Below, piece by piece: positions 1-9,422 of a stretch of DNA of 64,000 bases. Both the position numbers and the translations under genes were made by a program. Source of the DNA: Alphaproteobacteria bacterium (GTDB taxonomy: Bacteria > Pseudomonadota > Alphaproteobacteria > SP197); the NCBI GenBank assembly GCA_965116515.1, contig OZ220705.1, forward strand, positions 4,381,113-4,445,112. The letters run 5' to 3'. How positions within the stretch are numbered: position 1 is the first letter of the stretch; each line of letters starts with the position of its first letter. The notes under the pieces were generated by a model. It was not told where the DNA came from. It saw nothing but the letters and a program-made list of their open reading frames with translations, and searched no databases.

Positions 1-280
1 TCACGATCAGCGTCCCGTCGCCCAATTCGCAGATGCCGCAATCCCAGTTCCCCTGGGTCGCCGTCCAGGGAACAATGATCCGGGGCTCGGACCATGTCAG
101 TCCTCCATCCCGGGATCGTGTCATCAGGGTCTGACCGCTGTCGTGATGAAACGGAAACCGTTCTTCATTGAAGACCGCGAGGATATCGCCGTTCTTCAGT
201 GCGCGTTGCGCAATCTGGTTCACGCAATGTTCCGGGTGCCGGAAGATATCGTGATACGTCAGGTTTCGGATCGGCGACAC
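1..280 (-). CDS. BNR/Asp-box sialidase-fold protein, N-terminal part (gene continues beyond window start)
   Basis: Minus-strand reading from GTG 278-280 (preceded by GGAAAGGAA) gives VSPIRNLTYHDIFRHPEHCVNQIAQRALKNGDILAVFNEERFPFHHDSGQTLMTRSRDGGLTWSEP... This is colinear with the N-terminal region of the 2858-4042 protein, including the first Asp-box. It is open at the window edge, so it is absent from the ORF track. Confidence 0.6.
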   Translation of the reverse strand, partial: MSPIRNLTYHDIFRHPEHCVNQIAQRALKNGDILAVFNEERFPFHHDSGQTLMTRSRDGGLTWSEPRIIVPWTATQGNWDCGICELGDGTLIV

Positions 281-362
281 GGTCCGTTCCTTTCCTGCCA
301 GATGCGCCGGCGCTCGGTGCGAAGCCCCCCGCATCAGCGGGAACCTGAATAGTGCCCGGCCG

Positions 363-1397
363 TCATGCCTGAACGAGCCGCGGCACACCGATGGATTTCA
401 TCATCGCATGGCAGCGATCCCGGTAGAGCTCACGGATATCCCTTGTCGGTGGACGGCAGCGGCTTGAAGGAAGGCCGATGAGCTCCATGCAAAGCTTGTC
501 GAGGTATCCGTCACCGCTGGTGTGGTCGTTCTCGATCTCGACCCAGAGCTTGTAGAAGGGCATCGCCTCCTCCACGAGCATGCGGGCGATTTCTGCGTAG
601 TTGCGCGCCTTGACCTCATCGATCAGCCTGATTCCCCACTCCGGCCAGAAATTGCATTGATGGACCTCAAAGGCGCGGGCGCCGAGTGCCGGCATCGCGC
701 TCATCGAGAAAAGGAGGTTGTTGTCGATGATCGTGAAACGGTCGGAAAAGGTCGAGACAACATCCTCGAACTCCATTGAATCGGAGCGTGGGGTCGCCCA
801 TTTGAGACCGACGATGTTCGGGATCCCGGCCAGCCGTTCGATCATCGCGAAGGAGAGGTTCTGGCTCGTCCAGAACGTGTTGTAGATGATGATGCCCAGG
901 CCTGGCTCGGCGGCGGCAGCGGCGCGGATGTAGTCCTCGAAGTCGCCCTCGGTATGGGTGAAGTAGAACGGGCAGGAGACCTGGATGAACCGGGCGCCAA
1001 GCGCCTTGGCGGCCTTGGCGAGGCGCACGAGTTCGAGCGTCGATGTCGTCTGGGCCCCCATCGCGACCGGTGCCGCTCCATCCACTTCCTCGACGACGAT
1101 CGATGCCACGCGGACGCGCTCATCGAAACTCATGGTCGAGAAATCGCCGGCCGCCCCGCCGGCAAGAAATGTAGCGTAATCGCCACTCAACCCGGAATCG
1201 ACGAGGAACCGGACGTACTCCCTGAGCGCGGGCTCGTTGACTTCCATTCCGGGAGTATCCGCGAATGGCGTGGGAATGGTGACATAGCAACCCTCAAGGT
1301 TCTTTCTCAAGTCTCTGACCGACAAAGCACTCTCCCGTTCAGTCCGGAACACGACCACCGGTGACATGCCTGAAGCGACAATGTCTTCCTGCCGCAC
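363..1397 (-). CDS. DapA/NanA-family class I aldolase/lyase (dihydrodipicolinate synthase-like)
   Basis: 344-aa ORF with the family pattern YVTIPTPF...GGAAGDF..MSFDER...GLKWATP (Schiff-base Lys position). Start uncertain (GTG 1397 or ATG 1367). Confidence 0.8.
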   Translation of the reverse strand: MRQEDIVASGMSPVVVFRTERESALSVRDLRKNLEGCYVTIPTPFADTPGMEVNEPALREYVRFLVDSGLSGDYATFLAGGAAGDFSTMSFDERVRVASIVVEEVDGAAPVAMGAQTTSTLELVRLAKAAKALGARFIQVSCPFYFTHTEGDFEDYIRAAAAAEPGLGIIIYNTFWTSQNLSFAMIERLAGIPNIVGLKWATPRSDSMEFEDVVSTFSDRFTIIDNNLLFSMSAMPALGARAFEVHQCNFWPEWGIRLIDEVKARNYAEIARMLVEEAMPFYKLWVEIENDHTSGDGYLDKLCMELIGLPSSRCRPPTRDIRELYRDRCHAMMKSIGVPRLVQA

Positions 1398-1425
1398 GAA
1401 ACCGCCCGAGCGGCGGAAAGGACCG

Positions 1426-2469
1426 TCAGAAAGTCAATTCCTGCCGGAGCTCCGGCCGGTACCTCTCGAGTTCATGGCTGCTTGTCCGGCGTCGGTACTC
1501 GCGCGGTGATACACCGAAGTGAGCCTTGAAACATCTGGAAAACACTTCCGGCGAGCCAAATCCGCAGGCGAAAGCAACATCCCGAATCGCCAGATCGCTG
1601 TAAAACAGCATTCTGCGGGCAGCCTGCAGCCGTACCTTGCGATAGTAACTCATCGGCGCATCACCAAGGCTATCGTGAACAAGGCGGTTGAGGGCACGGA
1701 CAGAGACTCCCGCCTGATCAGCAAGAGCTCTGGCCGACAGCGGAGTCTGGATGTTCTCTTCCATGCCCTGCAGCACCCTGTTCAGGGGCGACTTCCCGCC
1801 CTGGCGCGGCGGCCATGGATCCAGCCTCTGGGGCTCGTCGCTGTCGCGTTGCCGGTGGGCCACAAAGGCGTTGGCGACGACCTGCGCGAGAGCCGGGCCA
1901 TTGAGCCCGCTGATGATGTCCAGCATCATATCGAGCGTGGCGTGACCGCCGGCACAGGTGATGCGGCCACGGTCAATGTTGTAGAGTTGTTCGATCACTT
2001 CGATGTCGGGATAGAGTTCCCTGAATGTGAAGAACGACTCCCAGTGCAGGGTGGCGCGCCGCCCATGCAGCAGGCCGGCTTCCGCCAGGGCAAAGGTTCC
2101 CGTGTCGATCCCTCCGACAACGCTGCCATGGCGGGCCAGCCGACGCAGCCAGCTCAGCACGCTCTTGGACAGATGCCGCGTCGGGTGATTGCCGCCGAAG
2201 ACCAGGACGATCGGGAGCCAACCGGCGTTCGCGATGGTGGTGTCCACATTCAGCGACACGCCGTTTCCCGCATGGACCGGTCCACCTGATTGTGAGATCA
2301 GTTGCCAGTCGTAGATCTTTTTTCCGTTGTTCTGATTGGCGATGCGCAGGGCCTCGATGGCAGGGACCAGGCCGTAGAGTGGAAACTCGGGAAGCAGGAG
2401 AAACCCGAAGCACACCCGTTCGGGGTTGCCGTCAGACTGCGAGGCAATGCTGAGTCCCGGCAGGTCCAT
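1426..2469 (-). CDS. GlxA/GbdR-type AraC-family transcriptional regulator (DJ-1/PfpI-like N-domain + HTH_AraC)
   Basis: C-terminus LADQAGVSVRALNRLVHDSLGDAPMSYYRKVRLQAARRMLFYSDLAIRDVAFACGFGSPEVFSRCFKAHFGVSPREYRR. N-terminal amidotransferase-like part FGFLLLPEFPLYGL...IVLVFGG. Start trimmed to ATG 2469 (MDLPG...) because the 58 upstream codons look non-coding. Confidence 0.8.
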   Translation of the reverse strand: MDLPGLSIASQSDGNPERVCFGFLLLPEFPLYGLVPAIEALRIANQNNGKKIYDWQLISQSGGPVHAGNGVSLNVDTTIANAGWLPIVLVFGGNHPTRHLSKSVLSWLRRLARHGSVVGGIDTGTFALAEAGLLHGRRATLHWESFFTFRELYPDIEVIEQLYNIDRGRITCAGGHATLDMMLDIISGLNGPALAQVVANAFVAHRQRDSDEPQRLDPWPPRQGGKSPLNRVLQGMEENIQTPLSARALADQAGVSVRALNRLVHDSLGDAPMSYYRKVRLQAARRMLFYSDLAIRDVAFACGFGSPEVFSRCFKAHFGVSPREYRRRTSSHELERYRPELRQELTF

Positions 2470-2857
2470 CAGCACAGGCCGCACCCTGCACGGGACCGCA
2501 TTTGCTTCGTGACGGCGATCACATCCGACTCGATCATTGGGGACCAGCAAGCAGGTATGAGCGGAGCAATTCCTGGCACAGCATAGGGTGAAGAATCCCG
2601 TTGCGTCCACGCCTGCAGCAAAAGGGTCGGGACATTTCGACATCGGCGTTCATGGCAGTCCATCTCAGGCAGCGCCCGTCGACCTGCACGTCATGCATGC
2701 CCTGCGGGCGGACTGCAAGGTCGGGGAGCGGGAGGCCTTCCAGCGAGTGCAGAACGAACGGTCCGGTCTGCAGGCCAAAGATAGGGAGATGGTGACGGCG
2801 CGAGGGACGTGTGACGGAGGCATGTACGCTCCGCCGTTGCTTTGGTGACAGCCGCCT

Positions 2858-4042
2858 TCAGAGAGTGAAGCGAGTCGCGAGGCAGTGCTGGAGTGGCTCG
2901 GGCGCGTCGTTCCATTCGTGGTAGGCAGCGACCACCGTTCCATCGGGAAGCTGAGCCACCGTCGGGTAGCCGATGTGTTGGAACTCGCCCGGATTGTTCC
3001 AGTCTATGGTGCCGGGACGATCAGGAACACCGCCCTTCCTGATGATGAATTCGTCCTTCTTGTCCCAGGTGACCCCATCTTCGGAGAGACATCCGAAGGT
3101 GCCGTAAGGTGGACGCCGGTATCCGTAGACGCACAGGTAGCGACCGTCCTGAAGTGCAACCGCATCCGCCGGATAACCCCAGATATTTGTCCACTTTGGT
3201 GCTGACCATGTATAGCCGTTGTCGTCGGAAACGACCACGACCATGTTCCTTGCGTCTTCACTGGGCCGGTTGTGTGTCCTCAGGAAACAGACAAGCCGGC
3301 CGTCGTGCAGGCGAAGCAACGCCGGTTCCTCGTAGTCGATGATGGTGGCGGGATCGAAGGCAAGCGTCGAGAAGTACTCCCAGTTGAAACCACCGTCATC
3401 GGATCGCATCAACGCGGACCGGGTCGATTCGTATTCGCCGCTCTCCTCGTAGCCGCGAATGCGGCCATAGAGGCCAAGCAGAAGTTCTCCACCGGGGAGC
3501 TGCCAGCAACCCAACCGACAGCCGCCATGCTTGAGTGGGCGTATGTTGACCGGAATCGGTCTCGACCAGGTCTCGCCGCCATCGCCGGACCGCACCACGT
3601 ATGTGCCCAGACAACCCCGGGTATGACGGGACCAGGTCCAGTCGCCCCATTCCCTGCCGCTGGGATGGCTTGCCCAGGATACACCCTCGGGCCTCACTCC
3701 ACGCCGGAAGAAGCCGGCAACCGTGAAGTTCACAATCAGGGTTCCGTCGTGAAGTTCGCAGATGCCGCAATCCCAGTTGCCCTCGGTCTCGGTCCATGGA
3801 ACCACGACCCTGGGCTCGGACCACGTTCTCCCGCCGTCCTTCGATCGGGAGATCAGGGTCTGTCCGCTGTCATGGTGGTAGGGATATCGCTCCTCGTTGA
3901 ACACCGCCAGAAGGTCGCCGTTCTTCAGGCACCGCATCGCGATCTGGTTCACGCAGTGTTCCGGATGGCCGAAAATGATGTTCGTTTCAAGGCCGCCTAG
4001 CGTCACCGTGTCTTCCCTCCCGGGTTCACTGCCCGGCCCCAT
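2858..4042 (-). CDS. BNR/Asp-box sialidase-fold (beta-propeller) protein, no signal peptide
   Basis: Five Asp-boxes: SRSKDGGRTW, VRSGDGGETW, MRSDDGGFNW, VSDDNGYTW, LSEDGVTW. Start set to ATG 4042 (MGPGSEP...) because the longer ORF (to 4438) would overlap the ABC ATPase gene. Confidence 0.75.
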   Translation of the reverse strand: MGPGSEPGREDTVTLGGLETNIIFGHPEHCVNQIAMRCLKNGDLLAVFNEERYPYHHDSGQTLISRSKDGGRTWSEPRVVVPWTETEGNWDCGICELHDGTLIVNFTVAGFFRRGVRPEGVSWASHPSGREWGDWTWSRHTRGCLGTYVVRSGDGGETWSRPIPVNIRPLKHGGCRLGCWQLPGGELLLGLYGRIRGYEESGEYESTRSALMRSDDGGFNWEYFSTLAFDPATIIDYEEPALLRLHDGRLVCFLRTHNRPSEDARNMVVVVSDDNGYTWSAPKWTNIWGYPADAVALQDGRYLCVYGYRRPPYGTFGCLSEDGVTWDKKDEFIIRKGGVPDRPGTIDWNNPGEFQHIGYPTVAQLPDGTVVAAYHEWNDAPEPLQHCLATRFTL

Positions 4043-4100
4043 TATGGCGCGGAAGCCGGAGTGCCGATTGACAGTTCCTGCCGCCGTCTTGACCTTTTCT

Positions 4101-5183
4101 TCACTGTGGTGTGGCAATTCTGCTTCCGGTTTCGGCGTCGAACAGGTGCAGGTCTGCAGAGTTGGCTGCGAGCCTGAGCTGGTTGCCCGGGCGCACGTCG
4201 ATTCGTTCATTGACCAGGGCGATGAAGGACTCGTCGCCGGCCGAGAGGCCGAACTGAATCTGCGAGCCCAGGGGTTCGACGACATCGACACGCATCTCCA
4301 GGGCATCCGGCAGGTCGCTGACAAAAAGGTGCTCGGGACGGATACCCACCTGAATGCGACGCGATGAGTCGAGATTGGTCGTACCGGGGAGAACGATCCG
4401 GGCACCGATATCGAGACTGGCAGTGCACGAAGCACCATCGTTCACGACGGTCGCTGCGAAGAGGTTCATTTGCGGCGAACCGATGAACTGGGCGACAAAA
4501 GTGTTTTGGGGACGGTCGAACAGTTCCAGGGGAGCGCCGATCTGCTCGATTCTCCCTTCACGCAGAACGACAATGCGATCGGCCATCGTCATCGCCTCAA
4601 CCTGGTCGTGGGTGACGTAAACCACGGTTGTGCGCAAACGCTGGTGCAGGGTCTTGATTTCGCTCCTCATCGCGACCCGCAGTTGCGCATCGAGGTTGGA
4701 GAGGGGCTCATCGAAGAGGAACACCTTGGGATCTCGCACGATGGCACGACCCATCGCCACGCGCTGGCGCTGGCCACCGGAAAGCGCCGCCGGCTTGCGT
4801 TCGAGGAGCTCCGTGAGGCTGAGTGTTTCAGCCGCCTCGCGGACGCGCTTGTCGATTGTGGCCCGCCGCTCGCCACGTATCTTGAGGGAAAAGCCCATGT
4901 TTTCCGCGACATTCATGTGCGGATAGAGGGCGTAGGACTGGAACACCATGGCGATGTCCCGGTCCTTGGCGGGCAGGTCCGTAACGTCCCTGCCATCAAT
5001 ATGGATCCGGCCGCCATTCGCGACTTCAAGGCCGGAAATCACGCGCAGAAGCGTTGACTTTCCACAACCTGAAGGCCCCACGAGGACAACGAACTCGCCT
5101 GAACTGATATCGATGTTGACGTCCTTCAACGCCGCGAACGTTCCGAAGTACTTGTGAATCTCGAGGACTCGAATGTCAGCCAT
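4101..5183 (-). CDS. ABC transporter ATP-binding protein, MalK/UgpC (sugar-importer) type
   Basis: Walker A GPSGCGKST, signature LSGGQRQRVAMGRA, Walker B FLFDEPLSNLD, long C-terminal regulatory domain. ATG 5183 is preceded by GGAGG. No permease or binding-protein gene is adjacent. Confidence 0.88.
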   Translation of the reverse strand: MADIRVLEIHKYFGTFAALKDVNIDISSGEFVVLVGPSGCGKSTLLRVISGLEVANGGRIHIDGRDVTDLPAKDRDIAMVFQSYALYPHMNVAENMGFSLKIRGERRATIDKRVREAAETLSLTELLERKPAALSGGQRQRVAMGRAIVRDPKVFLFDEPLSNLDAQLRVAMRSEIKTLHQRLRTTVVYVTHDQVEAMTMADRIVVLREGRIEQIGAPLELFDRPQNTFVAQFIGSPQMNLFAATVVNDGASCTASLDIGARIVLPGTTNLDSSRRIQVGIRPEHLFVSDLPDALEMRVDVVEPLGSQIQFGLSAGDESFIALVNERIDVRPGNQLRLAANSADLHLFDAETGSRIATPQ

Positions 5184-5327
5184 TGGTGCGCGAGCCTCCG
5201 CCGTCACATGTCGCCACCGGAGTTCGGTAGCAAAAACCGCCGCGTTTTGAAACTCGGCACGTGACATTGTAGCCTCGAAAGAGGGCACCACCTGTCACCC
5301 CGCGCCGGCCTCGTGTAGGTTGTAATC

Positions 5328-7433
5328 ATGACGCTGGCATCCGTTCAACGCGACAGTCCCTTTGCTCCCGTGACGCCGTCGCTCTTCCGCCTGGTGGCGG
5401 ATTTCGAGCCGGCCGGGGATCAGCCGGATGCGATCCGGGAACTCGTGGACGGACTCATTGCTGGGGAGCGCGACCAGGTGCTGCTCGGCGTCACCGGTTC
5501 CGGCAAGACCTTTACCATGGCTCAGGTGATCGAGCGCATGGGACGTCCCGCACTGGTGCTGGCGCCCAACAAGACCCTTGCGGCACAGCTCTACAGCGAG
5601 TTCAGGGGCTTTTTTCCGGACAACGCCGTCGAGTACTTCGTCTCCTACTACGACTACTACCAGCCGGAAGCCTACGTGGCGCGGACCGACACCTATATCG
5701 AAAAGGAGTCGAGCAGGAACGAGCAGATTGACCGCATGCGCCACTCGGCAACCCGGGCAATTCTGGAGCGTTCCGACACGATCATCGTTGCCAGTGTCTC
5801 ATGCATCTACGGCATCGGTGACGTCGAAAGCTATTCGGCGATGACGATATCCCTTCGACAGGGCATGGAGTACCGCCGCGAATCCATCGTGCGCCGCCTC
5901 GTCGAGTTGCAGTACACCCGCAACGACACCGCCTTCCAGCGTGGCGCCTTCCGGGTGCGCGGCGATTCCCTCGAGGTCTTTCCCAGCCACCTCGAGGATG
6001 GCGCATGGCGCATCTCGCTCTTCGGTGACGAAATCGAGAGTATCGAGGAATTCGACCCCCTCACCGGACAGCGCGCCGGCGAAATGCAGCAGATCGTCGT
6101 CTACCCCAACAGCCACTACATCGTTCCCAAGCCGACGCTCCACCAGGCTGCAAAGGCAATTCGCGTGGAACTCGGCGAACGACTGCAGTTCTTTCGCGAA
6201 CGCGGCCGGCTCCTCGAAGCCGAGAGACTGGAACAGCGCTGTACCTTCGATCTGGAGATGCTCGAGGCAACCGGCATGTGTGCCGGCATCGAGAACTACT
6301 CCAGATTCCTCACGGGACGCGCTCCCGGGGAGCCGCCACCCACCCTGATGGAGTACCTGCCCGACAATTCCATCATCTTCATCGATGAGAGCCACGTTGC
6401 GGTGCCCCAGGTCGGCGGCATGTTCAAGGGGGATTTCAACCGGAAGTCGACACTCGCCGAGTACGGTTTCCGGTTGCCGAGCTGTGTCGACAACCGCCCG
6501 CTCAAGTTCGAGGAGTGGGAGGCGATGCGCCCGCAATCGATCTTCGTGTCGGCGACGCCGGGACCCTGGGAACTCGAGAGGACGGGAGGAGTATTCACTG
6601 AACAGGTGATCCGTCCCACAGGACTCGTTGATCCTCCGTGTATCGTGCGTCCGGTTGCGACGCAGGTCGATGACCTGATGGCCGAATGCGCCGAGGTCAC
6701 CGCAACAGGTCATCGGGTTCTCGTGACCACGCTCACCAAGCGCATGGCCGAGGCGCTGACCGAGTATCTGACTGAGTCCGGGCTGCGTGTCCGCTATCTC
6801 CACTCCGACATCGACACCCTTGAGCGTATCGAGATCATCAGGGATCTGCGGCTGGGCGCCTTCGACATCCTGGTCGGCATCAATCTCCTGCGCGAGGGAC
6901 TCGACATTCCGGAATGCGGACTCGTTGCCATTCTCGATGCGGACAAGGAGGGCTTCCTGAGGAGTGAACGCTCCCTCATCCAGACCATCGGGCGGGCGGC
7001 ACGCAACGTGGACGGACGGGTCATCCTCTATGCCGACCACATGACCCAGTCGCTGGAACGGGCAATCGGCGAAACCGAACGCCGGCGACACAAGCAGGCG
7101 GCGTGGAACGAGGAACACGGCATCACGCCGGAATCGATACGCAAGGGCATCCCCGACTCGCTCCAGAGCATGGCTGATGCCGACCACGTCACGGTTGATA
7201 CCGGTATCGCCGGCGACAGCCTGGACGTGAGCGGCACGTTCGAGGAACGCATGGACGACCTGCGCCAGCGCATGCGCGAGGCGGCGAGCAATCTGGAGTT
7301 CGAGGAGGCCGCACGCCTGCGCGACGAGATCCGCCGTCTCGAGGCCATCGATCTCGGACTTCGCGAGGCTCCACTCGAGACCGCCCTGGCGCGTCAGCCG
7401 CGGCGGCGGCCCCGCAGGCGCAGGGGACCCTAG
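5328..7433 (+). CDS. uvrB: Excinuclease ABC subunit B
   Basis: 701 aa: PAGDQPDAI...[12 protein letters not shown] (Walker A), DESH box, helicase C motifs, C-terminal UVR motif [16 protein letters not shown]. Confidence 0.97.
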   Translation: MTLASVQRDSPFAPVTPSLFRLVADFEPAGDQPDAIRELVDGLIAGERDQVLLGVTGSGKTFTMAQVIERMGRPALVLAPNKTLAAQLYSEFRGFFPDNAVEYFVSYYDYYQPEAYVARTDTYIEKESSRNEQIDRMRHSATRAILERSDTIIVASVSCIYGIGDVESYSAMTISLRQGMEYRRESIVRRLVELQYTRNDTAFQRGAFRVRGDSLEVFPSHLEDGAWRISLFGDEIESIEEFDPLTGQRAGEMQQIVVYPNSHYIVPKPTLHQAAKAIRVELGERLQFFRERGRLLEAERLEQRCTFDLEMLEATGMCAGIENYSRFLTGRAPGEPPPTLMEYLPDNSIIFIDESHVAVPQVGGMFKGDFNRKSTLAEYGFRLPSCVDNRPLKFEEWEAMRPQSIFVSATPGPWELERTGGVFTEQVIRPTGLVDPPCIVRPVATQVDDLMAECAEVTATGHRVLVTTLTKRMAEALTEYLTESGLRVRYLHSDIDTLERIEIIRDLRLGAFDILVGINLLREGLDIPECGLVAILDADKEGFLRSERSLIQTIGRAARNVDGRVILYADHMTQSLERAIGETERRRHKQAAWNEEHGITPESIRKGIPDSLQSMADADHVTVDTGIAGDSLDVSGTFEERMDDLRQRMREAASNLEFEEAARLRDEIRRLEAIDLGLREAPLETALARQPRRRPRRRRGP

Positions 7434-7441
7434 AGAAACCC

Positions 7442-8206
7442 ATGGGTTGCGCCCTTGTCACCGGCGCCGGACGGCGCCTTGGCCTTGCCATGGCGAGGGC
7501 GCTGGCAGCCGACGGATGGCCTGTCGCCCTGGCTGCCCGGAAATCGTTCGCCGAGGCGTGCGCCGAGGCCCGGGATATCACGGGCAGAGGCGGAAGGGCG
7601 CTGGCGATCAGGGGCGACCTCGCTGATCGCCAGACACCGGCAAGGGTGGTCAGGGAGGCCATGGAAGCACTCGGCCCGGTAACGCTTCTGGTCAACAACG
7701 CGGCCGTCTTTATCGATGACAGCGTGCGCACCGCGGGCCCGGACACCATCGACGCCAACATCCACACCAACCTCGTCGCGCCCATGCTGCTCACCAGGGC
7801 CTTTTCCAGACAGCTGCCTTCCTCGGCGCAAGGGTGCGTCATCAACCTGCTTGACCAGCGCGTGTCCAATCCGACGCCCCGCTACATGTCCTACACGGCC
7901 TCGAAGGTGGCGCTCGAGGCGATGACGCGGACATGGGCGCTGGAACTCGCCCCGGCCGTCAGGGTCAATGGAATCGCTCCGGGCATGGCCCTTCCCGACC
8001 ACCGAAGCGATGACGCCGCCATGGACCGCTGGACCGCCGGCTTTCCCCTGGGACGCGGGACGTCTCCGGAAGAAATCTGCGATACCCTGCGATTTCTCAT
8101 CCAGGCGCCGTCCGTGACGGGGCAGGTCATCCACCTCGATGGCGGCCAGCGTCTGGGCTGGCAACATCCGGCGGGCGGCTACCCGCTCGGACCCGACGTG
8201 GCATGA
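7442..8206 (+). CDS. SDR-family oxidoreductase (pteridine-reductase-like context, upstream of folB)
   Basis: VTGAGRRLGLA nucleotide-binding motif, NNAA, YTASKVAL (YxxxK). 4-nt overlap with the next gene. Confidence 0.85.
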   Translation: MGCALVTGAGRRLGLAMARALAADGWPVALAARKSFAEACAEARDITGRGGRALAIRGDLADRQTPARVVREAMEALGPVTLLVNNAAVFIDDSVRTAGPDTIDANIHTNLVAPMLLTRAFSRQLPSSAQGCVINLLDQRVSNPTPRYMSYTASKVALEAMTRTWALELAPAVRVNGIAPGMALPDHRSDDAAMDRWTAGFPLGRGTSPEEICDTLRFLIQAPSVTGQVIHLDGGQRLGWQHPAGGYPLGPDVA

Positions 8207-8610
8207 CCCGCACGCGTGTGTTCATCGAGACCCTGGAGCTCGAGGCATCGATCGGCATCCTCGATCACGAGGCCACCGTCAGGCAGCCTCTCATCGTCGA
8301 TGTCACGCTTGAACTCGAGGGAGGCTCCTGGAAGACCGGGCGCCTCGAGACCACCGTCGATTACCGGGATATCGTCCTGCGGGCACAAGGCATCATTGGC
8401 CGTGGTCACATCCGGCTGGTCGAGGACTTCGCCGAAGACCTGGCGGCAGCCTGCCTGGAGTTGCCGCATGTCACCACGGTCATCGTGCGTGCCGTCAAGC
8501 CCGATGCCGTGCCAGCGGCGCGTGCCGCCGGGGTCGAGATCACGCGGTCACGCGATCCCGACGGTGTCAGGTGGCGACCAGCTGCAGACGCGCCGTCTGC
8601 AGGTGGCTGA
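8203..8610 (+). CDS. folB: Dihydroneopterin aldolase
   Basis: VFIETLELEASIGILDHEATVRQPLIVDVTLEL...TVDYRDIV...LVEDFAEDLA...VKPDAVP..AGVEITR follows the FolB pattern (IGVxDxE..Q.L..D, Y..I, LxE..AE, K..A....VGV.I.R). Confidence 0.8.
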   Translation: MTRTRVFIETLELEASIGILDHEATVRQPLIVDVTLELEGGSWKTGRLETTVDYRDIVLRAQGIIGRGHIRLVEDFAEDLAAACLELPHVTTVIVRAVKPDAVPAARAAGVEITRSRDPDGVRWRPAADAPSAGG

Positions 8611-9283
8611 GGACGATGTCGGCAGCACGATCGGCGTCACGCACTCCAAGGGCCTCGAAGAGCTGGCGATGGTCATGGTTGTAGGAATCCATCGCCTGAC
8701 CGGTGAGCACCTTGTCCTTCATCGCGCTCCACTGGCGGTGTCCGCGAACATGATTGATCCGCCGGTAGAAGGAGCACATCAGCGGATTGTGGGTGGCATC
8801 GGCAATCAACTGGTGGAAGATGCGGTCCTGGCGCGTGAAGGATTCCGGCTCGCCCGACGATTCGAGAGCGTCCAGGGCAATGCCGATGCGGCCGAGATCG
8901 CGCATGGTGGCGTGGACCGTGGCGAGGCGCACCATGTGTGGTTCCACGGCGATCCGCACATCGATCAGTTCGAGGGGGCTGGTGATTTCGGCAATATCGG
9001 GATTCTCGGCGTCGTGGCTGAAGGTGACAAATGTCCCGCTCCCCGCCCGGCGGGAGACGAGGTTGCTGTCGCAGAGCAGGCGCAGGGCTTCACGGACGGT
9101 GGTCCGTGAACACGAGAAGGCATCGGCGAGGACACGCTCGGCAGGCAGGCGTTCACCATCGACATAGATGCCGTCGGCAATCGCCGTGCGCAGCCGGGTG
9201 GCAATGGCGACGGCGGTTCCTGTCCGCGGCAACGGAAGGGGTGTCGTGCGGACCGGGTTCATCGTTGGTCTTGACATCGGCAT
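8567..9283 (-). CDS. GntR-family (FadR/FCD subfamily) transcriptional regulator
   Basis: N-terminal wHTH ERLPAERVLADAFSCSRTTVREALRLL and a helical FCD-like C-domain. Divergent from the FAD-oxidoreductase/GS-like operon. Confidence 0.85.
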   Translation of the reverse strand: MPMSRPTMNPVRTTPLPLPRTGTAVAIATRLRTAIADGIYVDGERLPAERVLADAFSCSRTTVREALRLLCDSNLVSRRAGSGTFVTFSHDAENPDIAEITSPLELIDVRIAVEPHMVRLATVHATMRDLGRIGIALDALESSGEPESFTRQDRIFHQLIADATHNPLMCSFYRRINHVRGHRQWSAMKDKVLTGQAMDSYNHDHRQLFEALGVRDADRAADIVLSHLQTARLQLVAT

Positions 9284-9308
9284 GAAGCGCGTTCTAGGGT
9301 TTTTGGGG

Positions 9309-9334
9309 ATTGGTTGTATTGGTTCACTATTGGT
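9309..9334. promoter_or_regulatory. Candidate operator: three direct ATTGGT repeats in an AT-rich island of the gntR / FAD-oxidoreductase divergent promoter
   Basis: gATTGGTtgtATTGGTtcactATTGGTataac. Repeats start at 9309, 9318 and 9329. This is the only AT-rich patch in an otherwise GC-rich intergenic region. Confidence 0.3.
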
Positions 9335-9422
9335 ATAACTGGCGGGTCACAGATCGTCAAGCACTCTTCTTCCCGTCCTGTCGCGAGGACGGGAGTTGCG
9401 AACAACAGGGGACGAACACCGC

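Noticed and set aside
2858-4438. Long 5' extensions offered by the ORF track (also 4101-5291, 1426-2643, 28172-28990, 43981-45420, 45176-46897, 46237-47850, 59829-61202, 61336-62571)
   Set aside because: The extensions overlap upstream genes or encode Ser/Arg/Pro-rich non-protein-like sequence. Internal ATG/GTG starts with SD-like motifs or ATGA/GTGA coupling fit the domain boundaries.
5184-5327. Possible SOS (LexA) box in the uvrB promoter
   Set aside because: I looked for the alphaproteobacterial GTTC-N7-GTTC / GAAC-N7-GAAC repeat. Only a single GTTC half-site is followed by a non-matching sequence.
5799-7187. 462-aa minus-strand ORF inside uvrB
   Set aside because: Antisense shadow ORF of an unambiguous uvrB. 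No motifs, and an Arg/Gly/Asp-rich composition.
8567-8610. 44-bp convergent 3' overlap of folB and the GntR gene
   Set aside because: End-to-end overlaps of convergent genes are common in compact GC-rich genomes. The folB tail may simply be a poorly conserved extension. There is no evidence of special function.
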